A stretch of 32,000 nt of DNA from Candidatus Peribacter riflensis (GTDB lineage Bacteria; Patescibacteriota; Gracilibacteria; Peribacterales; Peribacteraceae): contig CP013062.1 in NCBI GenBank assembly GCA_001430755.1, forward strand, positions 810,001-842,000, read 5' to 3'. The notes beneath the pieces were generated by a model that made no database searches, was not told where the DNA came from, and worked only from the letters and a program-made list of their open reading frames with translations. Below are positions 1 through 7,423 of the stretch, piece by piece (within the stretch, counting starts at the first letter, position 1; every line of letters starts with the position of its first letter). A program made the position numbers and the translations under genes.

Positions 1-39
1 AAGCGGGGTTCTTTTTATTTCTTCTTTCCCTCCCCTTCC

Positions 40-333
40 ATGAGCATTACAGAGCATCCAAGTCGTATTGCCGAACTCCCGAAAGAACATGGAGACGGCA
101 TCACAGTGGAACTCGAACCACAGGATGGTGGCACCACAGTCGCGACCATTCGAGACAGCGTGCGTTCCTGCTCGTTGTCCTTCGAGGTTCCGACAAGATT
201 AGCACAGGAAAGACCAGACTTCCTGCTCAGATATCTGAATCATAGACTCGTACAAACTCTCAATGGAAAACCCATGCAAGTGGGGAGTTTTCCCAATGGC
301 CATAAGAATGGTTCTGGTACGATGCCTCAGTGA
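40..333 (+). CDS. hypothetical small protein (97 aa)
   Basis: Intact ORF with ordinary protein-like composition. Its TGA stop (331-333) overlaps the GTG start of the helicase gene (GTGA at 330-333), suggesting translational coupling. No motif recognised. Confidence 0.4.
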   Translation: MSITEHPSRIAELPKEHGDGITVELEPQDGGTTVATIRDSVRSCSLSFEVPTRLAQERPDFLLRYLNHRLVQTLNGKPMQVGSFPNGHKNGSGTMPQ

Positions 334-2618
334 AGGCAGCCGACACCCCATCGCACGCCGAAAAAAAATCCGGGCTGATCCTGGGTTCCCTCAATGAGCC
401 GCAGCGCAAAGCCGTGGAACACACCAAGGGGCCGCTCCTCATTCTGGCGGGGGCAGGCAGCGGCAAAACCAAAGCCCTCACACACCGCATCGCATACTTG
501 ATCGCACAGGGTGTTCCTCCGTGGCAGATTTTGGCTGTGACGTTTACAAACAAGGCGGCGAAAGAAATGAGATCGCGCATCGAGAATCTGCTGCACCTGA
601 CGGAAGGCGAGGACCCCGCCGCATGGGGATCGAAGAGCGCCCGTCTGCCCGTGATGGGCACGTTTCATTCTATCTGCGCGCGGATCCTGAGAAAGGATAT
701 CGAAAAGCTGGGACGCGACCGTTCATTCGTGATCTACGACAAAGACGATCAGGAGAAACTGGTGAAGCAGGTCCTCAGAGAAATGAAGGTGGAAGAGGCG
801 GAGCTCAAGCCACGTGCGGCGCTCTCGTACATCGGCCGCTTCAAGTGTGAGGCCCTCTCACCTGCAGAGGCGATAAAAGATGCCACCACCCCGCGCATGG
901 AAACGGTGTGCCGCGCATTCGCGGCCTACGAAAAAGCCCTGCGCACGGCCAATGCGCTGGATTTCGACGACCTCATGCTGGAGGTGGTACGCCTGTTCCA
1001 CGAAGTCCCGGAAGTCCTCGACCGCTATCAGGAGACCTGGCGGTACCTCAACGTGGATGAGTACCAGGATACGAACCACGCACAGTACCTCTTCACGACC
1101 CTGCTCGCACAGAAGTACAGAAACCTCTGCGTGATCGGCGATCCGGACCAGTCCATCTACGCGTTCCGCGGCGCGGATATCCGCAATATCCTGGAGTTTC
1201 AGCGGGAGTACAAAGACGCCACCGAGATCAAACTGGAGCAGAACTACCGCTCGACGCAGTTGATTCTCTCGGCTGCGGATGCCGTGATCGCGGCAAACCC
1301 CAACCGCCCGAAGAAGAAGATGTGGTCCGAGCGGAAGGAAGGGCCGCAGATCCTGGTCCATGAGGTGGAAAATGAACGCAAGGAGGCGGAGGAGGCACTC
1401 AAGCGCATCACGATGCTCAAGAAAGAAGGCGTACCGTTCAATGATCAGGTCATCCTCTACCGTACCAATGCACAATCGCGCCTGTTCGAAGAATCATGCA
1501 TGCGCCAGGGCATCCCCTACCGCATCGTGGGCGGCGTGAAATTCTACGCACGCAGAGAGGTGAAAGACGTCCTCGCCTACCTGCACGTGATTCTCAATCC
1601 CGCAGATGTCATTTCGCTGCTGCGCATCATCAATGTGCCGACACGCAAGATCGGTGAGACGACCCTGGAGCGCATCCACGCCTGGAGCAGCATCAACAGC
1701 ACATCACTCTGGTCAGCACTGGGCCGGGTGGACGAAATTCTGGACTTGAACGAAGGAACGAAGAACCGCATCCGCGAATTCGTGAAGATCATCACAGATC
1801 TGCAGGGCGACATGCGCCGCCTCGCCGTAGCGGATCTCACGGTGCGCCTCTTGCAGCGCATCGGTCTGGAAAAATGGCTCAAAGATGACACAGAGGAAGG
1901 CGAGGAACGCTGGCAGAACGTGGAGGAATTGCTCTCGGTCATGCGCAAGTATGATCAACTCGATCCGCAACTCTCCCTCACGAGTTTTCTGGAAGAAGTG
2001 GCCCTGGTCTCGGAGGTCGACCGCCTCGCGGAGCTCAAAGACGACGCCATCACCCTCATGACCGTGCACCTGTGCAAGGGGCTGGAATTCGAACACGTGA
2101 CGATCGCGGGCTGCGAGGAGGGCATTTTTCCGCACGCTTCGAGCCTCTACGACCGCGAGCAGCTGGAGGAGGAACGCAGACTGATGTACGTGGGCATGAC
2201 CCGGGCCAAAACGCACCTGACCATGCTCTTCACCCGCGCGCGCATGCTGTGGGGAGAGACCAAAGCGAATGCCGCGAGCCGGTTTTTGGATGACTTGCCC
2301 GATAAGGTGATTGAGCGGCGCAGCGATTCGCTCTTGAGCACCTTCGCCTGGGCGGCGGAGCGCGGGCAGCAGGAAGCGCTCACTGGAGGGCATATCGAAC
2401 CCTACCGTCAGGAAAAACACCTGCACGTGGAGTTCAATCAGGATACGGCACTCGACGGAGTGAATCAGGAACCCATGACGGAAGGCACGCGCGTGGAGCA
2501 TCCCAAGTTCGGCCAGGGAACCGTGACCGCCGTGCGCGGCGGGGTGGTGGATATCGCCTTCGATGCAGGCCAGAAGAAGAGCTTCGCTCTCTCTATCGCG
2601 CCGCTGAAGATTCTCTGA
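330..2618 (+). CDS. pcrA: ATP-dependent DNA helicase, UvrD/PcrA family
   Basis: Superfamily-1 helicase motifs read in the translation: GAGSGKT (Walker A), DEYQDTN, QNYRS, TVHLCKGLEFEHV, LMYVGMTRAK. Length is typical for the family. Start is GTG at 330; the next in-frame Met lies inside the conserved core. Confidence 0.93.
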   Translation: MKAADTPSHAEKKSGLILGSLNEPQRKAVEHTKGPLLILAGAGSGKTKALTHRIAYLIAQGVPPWQILAVTFTNKAAKEMRSRIENLLHLTEGEDPAAWGSKSARLPVMGTFHSICARILRKDIEKLGRDRSFVIYDKDDQEKLVKQVLREMKVEEAELKPRAALSYIGRFKCEALSPAEAIKDATTPRMETVCRAFAAYEKALRTANALDFDDLMLEVVRLFHEVPEVLDRYQETWRYLNVDEYQDTNHAQYLFTTLLAQKYRNLCVIGDPDQSIYAFRGADIRNILEFQREYKDATEIKLEQNYRSTQLILSAADAVIAANPNRPKKKMWSERKEGPQILVHEVENERKEAEEALKRITMLKKEGVPFNDQVILYRTNAQSRLFEESCMRQGIPYRIVGGVKFYARREVKDVLAYLHVILNPADVISLLRIINVPTRKIGETTLERIHAWSSINSTSLWSALGRVDEILDLNEGTKNRIREFVKIITDLQGDMRRLAVADLTVRLLQRIGLEKWLKDDTEEGEERWQNVEELLSVMRKYDQLDPQLSLTSFLEEVALVSEVDRLAELKDDAITLMTVHLCKGLEFEHVTIAGCEEGIFPHASSLYDREQLEEERRLMYVGMTRAKTHLTMLFTRARMLWGETKANAASRFLDDLPDKVIERRSDSLLSTFAWAAERGQQEALTGGHIEPYRQEKHLHVEFNQDTALDGVNQEPMTEGTRVEHPKFGQGTVTAVRGGVVDIAFDAGQKKSFALSIAPLKIL

Positions 2619-2624
2619 GCAGAG

Positions 2625-4292
2625 CTACTGCCAGTAGTACGTTCCCTGCAGCTGTGATTCGGTGAACGGCACCCACGAGAAGCTCGTCGTGCCATCGGTC
2701 CACGTAAGAGCTCCGGCGGAGGAAACGGATCCTGCCGGCGTGATCGAGATCTGCAGTCCCGCACTCTGCGAGGCCGAAGGAATGGTGATATCGCCCCGGA
2801 GGGTGATGACGCGCGTTCCGCTCGTCACGGTTCCGACTCCTTCGGGAATCGCCGCACAGACAATGGAGGTTCCGACAACGGAACAATTCGTGCGATCGGT
2901 CGATCCGTCGGCGCCCAACGTTACATTGGCAAGCGTCACTCCGCCGCTGGTTCCCAGCGCAAAGGTGATATCGGTCACGAGCAGATCCGCGCTGCCATCG
3001 CCGCGGCCGCCCTGCAGCCTCCACTGGCCGATCGTGCGGCCGACCCCGCCCACGAGCGCGTCCTCTCCCGGACCGGCATTCGCAATGGACGTGAAGGTGG
3101 AACGCGCGGTCTCGAAGGCCTGATAGGTCTCGGTGGAGGAATCGCTGTACGAGCTGTGACTCCAATCACCGCGGCCCTCAATCGTGAACGTATCAATCTC
3201 AATATCTTCTCCGCTCTCGCCGCCCTGATCGAAACTGCGGGTGATGGCCCGCGCATAGACCGATACCTCCTCTCGGCGGGCTGCTGCAATGAGCCCGCTC
3301 GCCGAGTGGAGTGTGAAAGAAGCAGGATCGTCCGTATCGCGGGAGGCACCTCCCAGGTACCGGCCGTCAGCCGATGCGTACAGACGCACCTGATCAACGG
3401 ATGGCACGGCGGCGGTGAACGTCACCGTGATATCCTCCACGGTGAAGGGTTCCGAGTTATTGAAGATCTTGGCGGCTCCAAGAATGGGTGAAACCGTTCC
3501 AAGACGCAGAAAAGAGGGCGTCTGCGAGAAATCCGGCCCGGGATCGGTGGCGAACGAGGATGCCGAGGAGGCAGAAGAAACGGAGGAAATCGATGAGACC
3601 GATGAAGCCGACGAAGAGCGACCAGCCGAAGAGCGGGACGAGGAAGAAATGGAGGAAGAAGATGCTTCCCCGCTCTGCACCGCGCGGAGTGCCATGAGCT
3701 CCCCGCGGCTCCAGGCGAGGAACGAAACGGTGATCTGCGCTACCTCACCGCGCGTGAGCGCATGGGCAGCATCGACCCCCGGGAGCGCGATGTCCTCGGC
3801 CACTGCGGCTGCAAGGAACGGCTCATACCACTCATCGGATTGGATGTGCATCTGCGGCACATCGAATGCGAGAACGAGAATCTTCACAGCTTCGGCATAG
3901 TTCACCGTGCGCTCGGGCACGAACAGCCACTGCTCGCGCGGAACGGTGGAATCGCCATTGCCCTGCACGAAACCGAGCTCTCTGGCCAGACAAACCGGCG
4001 CTGCATACCACTGATCCGGCTGGACATCGGGGAAGCACATCTCGGCTGGGAGCGGCGATGTATAGCCAAGAACCATCATCAGCACCTTGGTGAACTCGGC
4101 ACGGTTGACGTGTTGCTCCGGGCGGAATGTGCCGTCCGGGTACCCCTGCAGTATCCCCTCTTCCGTGAGTGCGCTCACTGCCACCGCCGTCACACGATCA
4201 CGCGGGGCATCGGTGTACGGAAGATGCAACGTGTCGTAGGCAAAAGCGGTAAACGGGAACAGGCCGATGAGAAGAATGAAAATCTTGCGCAT
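2625..4292 (-). CDS. secreted cell-surface protein with three N-terminal SLH repeats, a Ser-rich linker and a beta-rich C-terminal region
   Basis: Signal peptide MRKIFILLIGLFPFTAFA. SLH-like repeats are present (for example EEGILQGYPDGTFRPEQHVNRAEFTKVL, plus two further W-Y...A repeats). A long poly-Ser linker (SSSSISSSSRSSAGRSSSASSVSSISSVSSASSASS) follows. The C-terminal half has no recognised domain. Confidence 0.8.
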   Translation of the reverse strand: MRKIFILLIGLFPFTAFAYDTLHLPYTDAPRDRVTAVAVSALTEEGILQGYPDGTFRPEQHVNRAEFTKVLMMVLGYTSPLPAEMCFPDVQPDQWYAAPVCLARELGFVQGNGDSTVPREQWLFVPERTVNYAEAVKILVLAFDVPQMHIQSDEWYEPFLAAAVAEDIALPGVDAAHALTRGEVAQITVSFLAWSRGELMALRAVQSGEASSSSISSSSRSSAGRSSSASSVSSISSVSSASSASSFATDPGPDFSQTPSFLRLGTVSPILGAAKIFNNSEPFTVEDITVTFTAAVPSVDQVRLYASADGRYLGGASRDTDDPASFTLHSASGLIAAARREEVSVYARAITRSFDQGGESGEDIEIDTFTIEGRGDWSHSSYSDSSTETYQAFETARSTFTSIANAGPGEDALVGGVGRTIGQWRLQGGRGDGSADLLVTDITFALGTSGGVTLANVTLGADGSTDRTNCSVVGTSIVCAAIPEGVGTVTSGTRVITLRGDITIPSASQSAGLQISITPAGSVSSAGALTWTDGTTSFSWVPFTESQLQGTYYWQ

Positions 4293-4336
4293 AGGGCACT
4301 ATTGTACAGAAAATGCCGCATCATGAAATAAGCGAT

Positions 4337-5131
4337 CTACTCATGGGCAGCCAGGTAACGGGTCCCGATTGGCTCGTCATCAATGAGCACGCGAGGAATG
4401 ACGTCGGCCTCATGCGCATAGGCGATGACGGATTCGATGCCGTGCCGGGCAAGCATCGTGGCAACGCGGTCTTTGCTCTTCATGCCGCCTCGCCCGTTTT
4501 TCGAGGAAGAACCATTCAAGAACCTCCGATGTTCAGTCGAGCCATAAGGAATCTCGTGAATGAGACTGTTCTCATCCTGAAGATCTCTGAGAATGCCGGG
4601 AACGCTGGTAAGAAAGAGCACCCGTCGTGCGCCGATCAGCTGTGCGACATCCCCGGCCAGCTGGTCGTTGTCGAAACGAAATTCACGCACAGCTACCGTA
4701 TCGTTCTCATTGAAAATGGGAATGCTTGGAATCTGCGAACTGAAAATCTTCTGGAGGGTATGGCTCAAATTTCTGCGCCTCAGGCGGCTATCCATATCCG
4801 AATGCGTCACGAGAATCTGGTTCGCGATGCAGCCGTGTGCCTGCAGCTCTTTCAGGTATTCCGCAAAGAGCATGGGCTGCCCGGCGGATGCATACATTTG
4901 CAGAGTGGCGAGATCTTCGTCGTCACATTTTTCAACGCCATAAATATCGCGGCCGGTGGTAGCCGCTCCTGAAGAAATAAGACCGAGACGGGCAATCTGT
5001 TTCCGAACAATGGCAAGCTGCTGAGCCACGGAAGAGACAGCCATCTTATCCAAATGATTCTCAGAGGTGGTGAGGCCATCTGAACCGATTTTCACGGCTG
5101 CAGTATCGATGGCATTTCGGTGATGATGCAT
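4337..5131 (-). CDS. proB: glutamate 5-kinase (short form without PUA domain)
   Basis: Matches ProB blocks: AVKIGSDGLT, ISSGAATTGR, IPIFNENDTVAVREFRFDNDQLAGDVAQLIGA, GRGGMKSK. Start is placed at the ATG at 5131 (MHHHRNAID...). The longer track ORF reaching 5245 would run through an intrinsic terminator. Confidence 0.85.
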   Translation of the reverse strand: MHHHRNAIDTAAVKIGSDGLTTSENHLDKMAVSSVAQQLAIVRKQIARLGLISSGAATTGRDIYGVEKCDDEDLATLQMYASAGQPMLFAEYLKELQAHGCIANQILVTHSDMDSRLRRRNLSHTLQKIFSSQIPSIPIFNENDTVAVREFRFDNDQLAGDVAQLIGARRVLFLTSVPGILRDLQDENSLIHEIPYGSTEHRRFLNGSSSKNGRGGMKSKDRVATMLARHGIESVIAYAHEADVIPRVLIDDEPIGTRYLAAHE

Positions 5132-5153
5132 GGGATGAATGAGAATGAAATAC

Positions 5154-5175
5154 AAAAAATCCGGGGGAACCCGGA
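5154..5175 (-). terminator. intrinsic terminator / candidate attenuator upstream of proB
   Basis: Minus strand reads TCCGGG-TTCC-CCCGGA followed by TTTTTT. The structure ends about 22 nt upstream of the proB ATG. Confidence 0.6.
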
Positions 5176-5219
5176 TAGCGACTTGGGGGCAGGTGCCCCG
5201 CTTCGACTCAAAAAGAGTT

Positions 5220-5291
5220 TTAAGCAGGCAGCACCTCCCCCGCACGCGGCGGAGTGAAGGAACTGCCCGGCAGAGTCACGACATGCGTCAT
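5220..5291 (-). CDS. candidate leader peptide, 23 codons: MTHVVTLPGSSFTPPRAGEVLPA
   Basis: ATG lies 9 nt downstream of a TACAGT -10 hexamer. Four Pro codons are present, including a CCG CCG pair. The ORF contains CGGGGGA, the complement of TCCCCCG in the downstream terminator. It lies between the promoter and the terminator in front of proB. Confidence 0.4.
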   Translation of the reverse strand: MTHVVTLPGSSFTPPRAGEVLPA

Positions 5292-5300
5292 GCTGGGAAC

Positions 5301-5329
5301 ACTGTACTGGAGCCAAAATCGCACGTCAA
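5301..5329 (-). promoter_or_regulatory. sigma70-like promoter TTGACG-17 nt-TACAGT
   Basis: Read on the minus strand immediately after the DAHP synthase stop codon: -35 at 5329..5324 and -10 at 5306..5301. Confidence 0.55.
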
Positions 5330-5330
5330 G

Positions 5331-6401
5331 CTAACGCGTGGCTGGCTGGCCGAAGATACGGTCGGCGGCATCTGCTGCCTGCAGAAGAAGCACTTCCGTA
5401 TCCTCCCACGAGAGACAGGGATCGGTGATGGATTGGCCATCACGGCGCATCGTCGCAGCAATATCCTGTCTCCCGCTGATGATGAAACTCTCCACCATGC
5501 AGCCCCGCACCATAGCGTAGCCGTCCAGCCCATCCTCGCGTGCCCGCAGCACCGTCTGCACCACATGCTTCTGGAGCGTGGGATCCTTGCCGCTCCCGTT
5601 ACCGCAGTTGCCGTGGCTTGCATCCACGATGATGGCGGGATCCGCAATATCGCGCTTGGGCTCCTTCATCAGCTTTGCGGCACGTGCCATGCTCTGAGGA
5701 TCGTAGTTGGGTCCCGCAGGGCTGCCACGGAGAATCAGGTGTGCGGAACGGTTCCCCCCGGTACGAACATGCCACCCGCCATGGGGAAGGTGCTGCGGGT
5801 GCTGTGTGCGCTGCACGCCGTCCACGCCGACCTCGATAGATCCCTCTACCGGATGCTTCACACCAACCGGGCAATCGTCATCCATAGAGAGCAACCCCGA
5901 TGCCACGTCGCGGTGCTGCTGGTCCGCAGAGCTGCGTGCGCCCAGCGCAACGTAGGTGAGGAGGTCGGCGAAGTACGGATCATCGCCGATGTAGAGCATT
6001 TCATCAGCCAACGGCAATTGGGTGCCCACGCGGTGCATCATCTCGCGACAGGACCAGATGCCCTTCACGATATCCTGCTCTGCGAGCGGATCGGGCTGGA
6101 TGAGGGGGCCCGGCCATCCCTCCGAGGTACGCGGCTTTTGGAGGTAACAGCGCATCACCACCTCGATACGCTCATGAATCCGTTCGCGGAATCGCGCCAG
6201 ACGGTCGGCATATTCCTGTACCGCCTCAGAGGACCAGGCAGAGCAGGGCCCGACGATCATGAGCAGGCGCGGATCGGTGCCATTGAGCACATTCCGGACA
6301 CGGGCACGGTGGTCCTTCACGCGGTGCGTGCCCGGTGAAGATGGAAATCGGTCGAGGACTTCTTCGGCACTGGGGAGTGGATTGATTCTCTGATACGTCA
6401 T
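5331..6401 (-). CDS. aroG: 3-deoxy-7-phosphoheptulonate (DAHP) synthase, class I alpha (AroF/G/H type)
   Basis: Collinear with E. coli AroG blocks: RLLMIVGPCS, KPRTSEGWPG, ALGARSSADQQHRDVASGL, CPVGVKH, HLILRG, IVDASHGN, VRGCMVESF, GQSITDPCLSWEDTE. Start is placed at the ATG at 6401 (MTYQRINPLP...). The feedback specificity implied by the symbol is not determined. Confidence 0.92.
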   Translation of the reverse strand: MTYQRINPLPSAEEVLDRFPSSPGTHRVKDHRARVRNVLNGTDPRLLMIVGPCSAWSSEAVQEYADRLARFRERIHERIEVVMRCYLQKPRTSEGWPGPLIQPDPLAEQDIVKGIWSCREMMHRVGTQLPLADEMLYIGDDPYFADLLTYVALGARSSADQQHRDVASGLLSMDDDCPVGVKHPVEGSIEVGVDGVQRTQHPQHLPHGGWHVRTGGNRSAHLILRGSPAGPNYDPQSMARAAKLMKEPKRDIADPAIIVDASHGNCGNGSGKDPTLQKHVVQTVLRAREDGLDGYAMVRGCMVESFIISGRQDIAATMRRDGQSITDPCLSWEDTEVLLLQAADAADRIFGQPATR

Positions 6402-6432
6402 GGTGAGGGTGGGAAATGAGGAAAAACAGTCA

Positions 6433-6744
6433 CTACAGACGGATGATTGCGTGGACCATCTGGCAAATAATCGCCCGGCGATCCTGAAGATCGGGCATCG
6501 CGAGGAGCGCCTCCTCCATGCCCATCGCATGCTGATTCTGCTCATGCAGACAAAGAGCGGTAGAAATCTCAGAGGGGATCTCGATGCCGCGCAGCAGGCA
6601 CCGCTGCATCAGATCCATTGCAGCGCGCCGGATGAGCTTGCGATCGGTGACGAGGTACGGACCGATACGGATATCCTGTTCCGCCTGCGCATCGGTCTGG
6701 GAGCCATCTGAGATGTGAGGCCGTTCGAGAATGGCGGTACTCAT
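6433..6744 (-). CDS. hypothetical protein (103 aa), first gene of the DAHP synthase transcription unit
   Basis: Intact ORF ending 31 nt upstream of the DAHP synthase start, and located directly downstream of the Phe/Tyr leader plus terminator. I could not recognise chorismate mutase (AroQ or AroH) signatures. Confidence 0.5.
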   Translation of the reverse strand: MSTAILERPHISDGSQTDAQAEQDIRIGPYLVTDRKLIRRAAMDLMQRCLLRGIEIPSEISTALCLHEQNQHAMGMEEALLAMPDLQDRRAIICQMVHAIIRL

Positions 6745-6766
6745 GACAGAGAATGGGAATCAAAGT

Positions 6767-6794
6767 AAAAAAACGCCTTCCGCTGGGGGAAGGC
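6767..6794 (-). terminator. intrinsic terminator of the aromatic attenuator (unit 1)
   Basis: Minus strand reads GCCTTCC-CCCAGC-GGAAGGC, then G, then TTTTTTT. It ends 22 nt upstream of the ATG at 6744 and starts 27 nt after the leader ORF stop. Confidence 0.75.
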
Positions 6795-6821
6795 TCGAAT
6801 GCATCTGAATGGCTGAGAAAA

Positions 6822-6902
6822 TTACTTCAGATCATACGGCTCCTTCCCCGCAAGATAGGGGGTAAAGAAGAAGCCGTAAAAGTAAGATTGGCGCTGAGCC
6901 AT
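6822..6902 (-). CDS. Phe/Tyr-rich leader peptide, 26 codons: MAQRQSYFYGFFFTPYLAGKEPYDLK
   Basis: Hand-translated codon by codon. It has 4 Phe and 4 Tyr, six of them in the seven codons YFYGFFF. It is preceded by TTGACT-16-TACACT with 11 nt to the ATG and followed by an intrinsic terminator. The internal GGGGAAGG is complementary to the terminator 5' arm CCTTCCCC. Confidence 0.6.
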   Translation of the reverse strand: MAQRQSYFYGFFFTPYLAGKEPYDLK

Positions 6903-6913
6903 GAGATGCGCGA

Positions 6914-6941
6914 AGTGTAGAGCAGAAGCGGCTAAAGTCAA
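6914..6941 (-). promoter_or_regulatory. sigma70-like promoter TTGACT-16 nt-TACACT
   Basis: Minus strand: -35 at 6941..6936 (overlapping the stop of the 100-aa ORF) and -10 at 6919..6914. The ATG of the leader ORF lies 11 nt downstream of the -10. Confidence 0.6.
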
Positions 6942-7240
6942 TGAGCGTGCCCGTTACTGCCACGACCATTGGCCGGGCGCATCCATTCCCACAGCTTGCG
7001 ATCCACCTCAGTGGAAACGCGATAGACACCTCCCAGCTCTCGGGAGATGCGGGCAGCAATTGCCTTCCGGGCAGAAGGACTGCGATCGAGCACGGCAATC
7101 ATCGCCGAGCGGAAATCCGGATAGGACCGACCGCCAATCGTCAGTACCCGACCATTGTGATACAACTGTGAGAGCGCTCCATCGAGCGTTTCAGAGCAAC
7201 GTACATCGCGAGTGGATACATCGGGTGGTGAAGAGATCAT
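6938..7240 (-). CDS. hypothetical protein (about 100 aa) downstream of the Phe-rich leader
   Basis: ORF MISSPPDVSTRDVRCSETLDGALSQLYHNGRVLTIGGRSYPDF... with no recognised domain. Start is uncertain: the track ORF begins at a GTG at 7348 but would then encode the perfect hairpin and overlap the leader ORF. Confidence 0.45.
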   Translation of the reverse strand: MISSPPDVSTRDVRCSETLDGALSQLYHNGRVLTIGGRSYPDFRSAMIAVLDRSPSARKAIAARISRELGGVYRVSTEVDRKLWEWMRPANGRGSNGHAH

Positions 7241-7275
7241 GAGAAATAAGGGAAATGAGAAATACACCCCTCCTT

Positions 7276-7301
7276 GCCACGCCTTTCGCGAAAGGCGTGG
7301 C
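7276..7301 (-). promoter_or_regulatory. perfect 11-bp stem-loop (candidate attenuator or terminator of unit 2)
   Basis: GCCACGCCTTT-CGCG-AAAGGCGTGGC. It is flanked 5' by GAGCCTTCCCC and 3' by AAGGAGGGG plus a U-rich tract (TGTATTTCTCATTTCCCTTATTTCTC) running up to the ATG at 7240. Confidence 0.5.
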
Positions 7302-7335
7302 ACTGCTTGGGGAAGGCTCCGTGGTCTGAAGTAAG

Positions 7336-7413
7336 TTAGCTCAGACACATCGGCTCCTGCCCCGCACTAAACGGGAAAGCGAAGAAGCCGAACGTAAACG
7401 TCTGAACGGACAT
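7336..7413 (-). CDS. Phe-rich leader peptide, 25 codons: MSVQTFTFGFFAFPFSAGQEPMCLS
   Basis: Hand-translated. Six Phe fall within ten consecutive codons. It is a paralogue of the 6822-6902 mini-ORF at both nucleotide and peptide level (GFF, P-x-x-AG-x-EP). It is preceded by TTGACA-16-TAAAGT with 10 nt to the ATG. Confidence 0.55.
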   Translation of the reverse strand: MSVQTFTFGFFAFPFSAGQEPMCLS

Positions 7414-7423
7414 GTACAGGCAC

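Noticed and set aside
5139-6338. Long antisense ORFs opposite well-supported genes. Examples are 5139-6338(+) opposite DAHP synthase, 858-1475(-) and 1713-2501(-) opposite pcrA, 7341-8297(-) opposite rsmA, 10185-11270(+) opposite the purD-like gene, 20923-21831(+) and 21922-22545(+) opposite pyrG, and 25443-26156(+) opposite proS.
   Set aside because: These are typical shadow ORFs of GC-rich DNA. Their composition is Arg/Ala/His-rich and low-complexity, they carry no recognisable motifs, and each lies fully inside a gene with strong family signatures on the other strand.
6901-7242. Plus-strand ORFs 6901-7242 and 6941-7171, which overlap the 100-aa minus-strand ORF.
   Set aside because: Their composition is Arg/Cys/His-rich and non-protein-like. 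They would run antisense through the leader ORF and promoter of unit 1. The minus-strand reading fits the promoter-leader-hairpin context.
6822-7413. The two aromatic-rich mini-ORFs considered as RiPP or bacteriocin precursors or as toxin-type small proteins.
   Set aside because: No maturation, export or immunity genes are nearby. Each is framed by its own promoter and a hairpin or terminator directly upstream of aromatic-pathway genes, and each contains a sequence complementary to the downstream terminator (unit 1) or the hairpin-flanking CCTTCCCC (unit 2). That fits leader-peptide attenuation much better.
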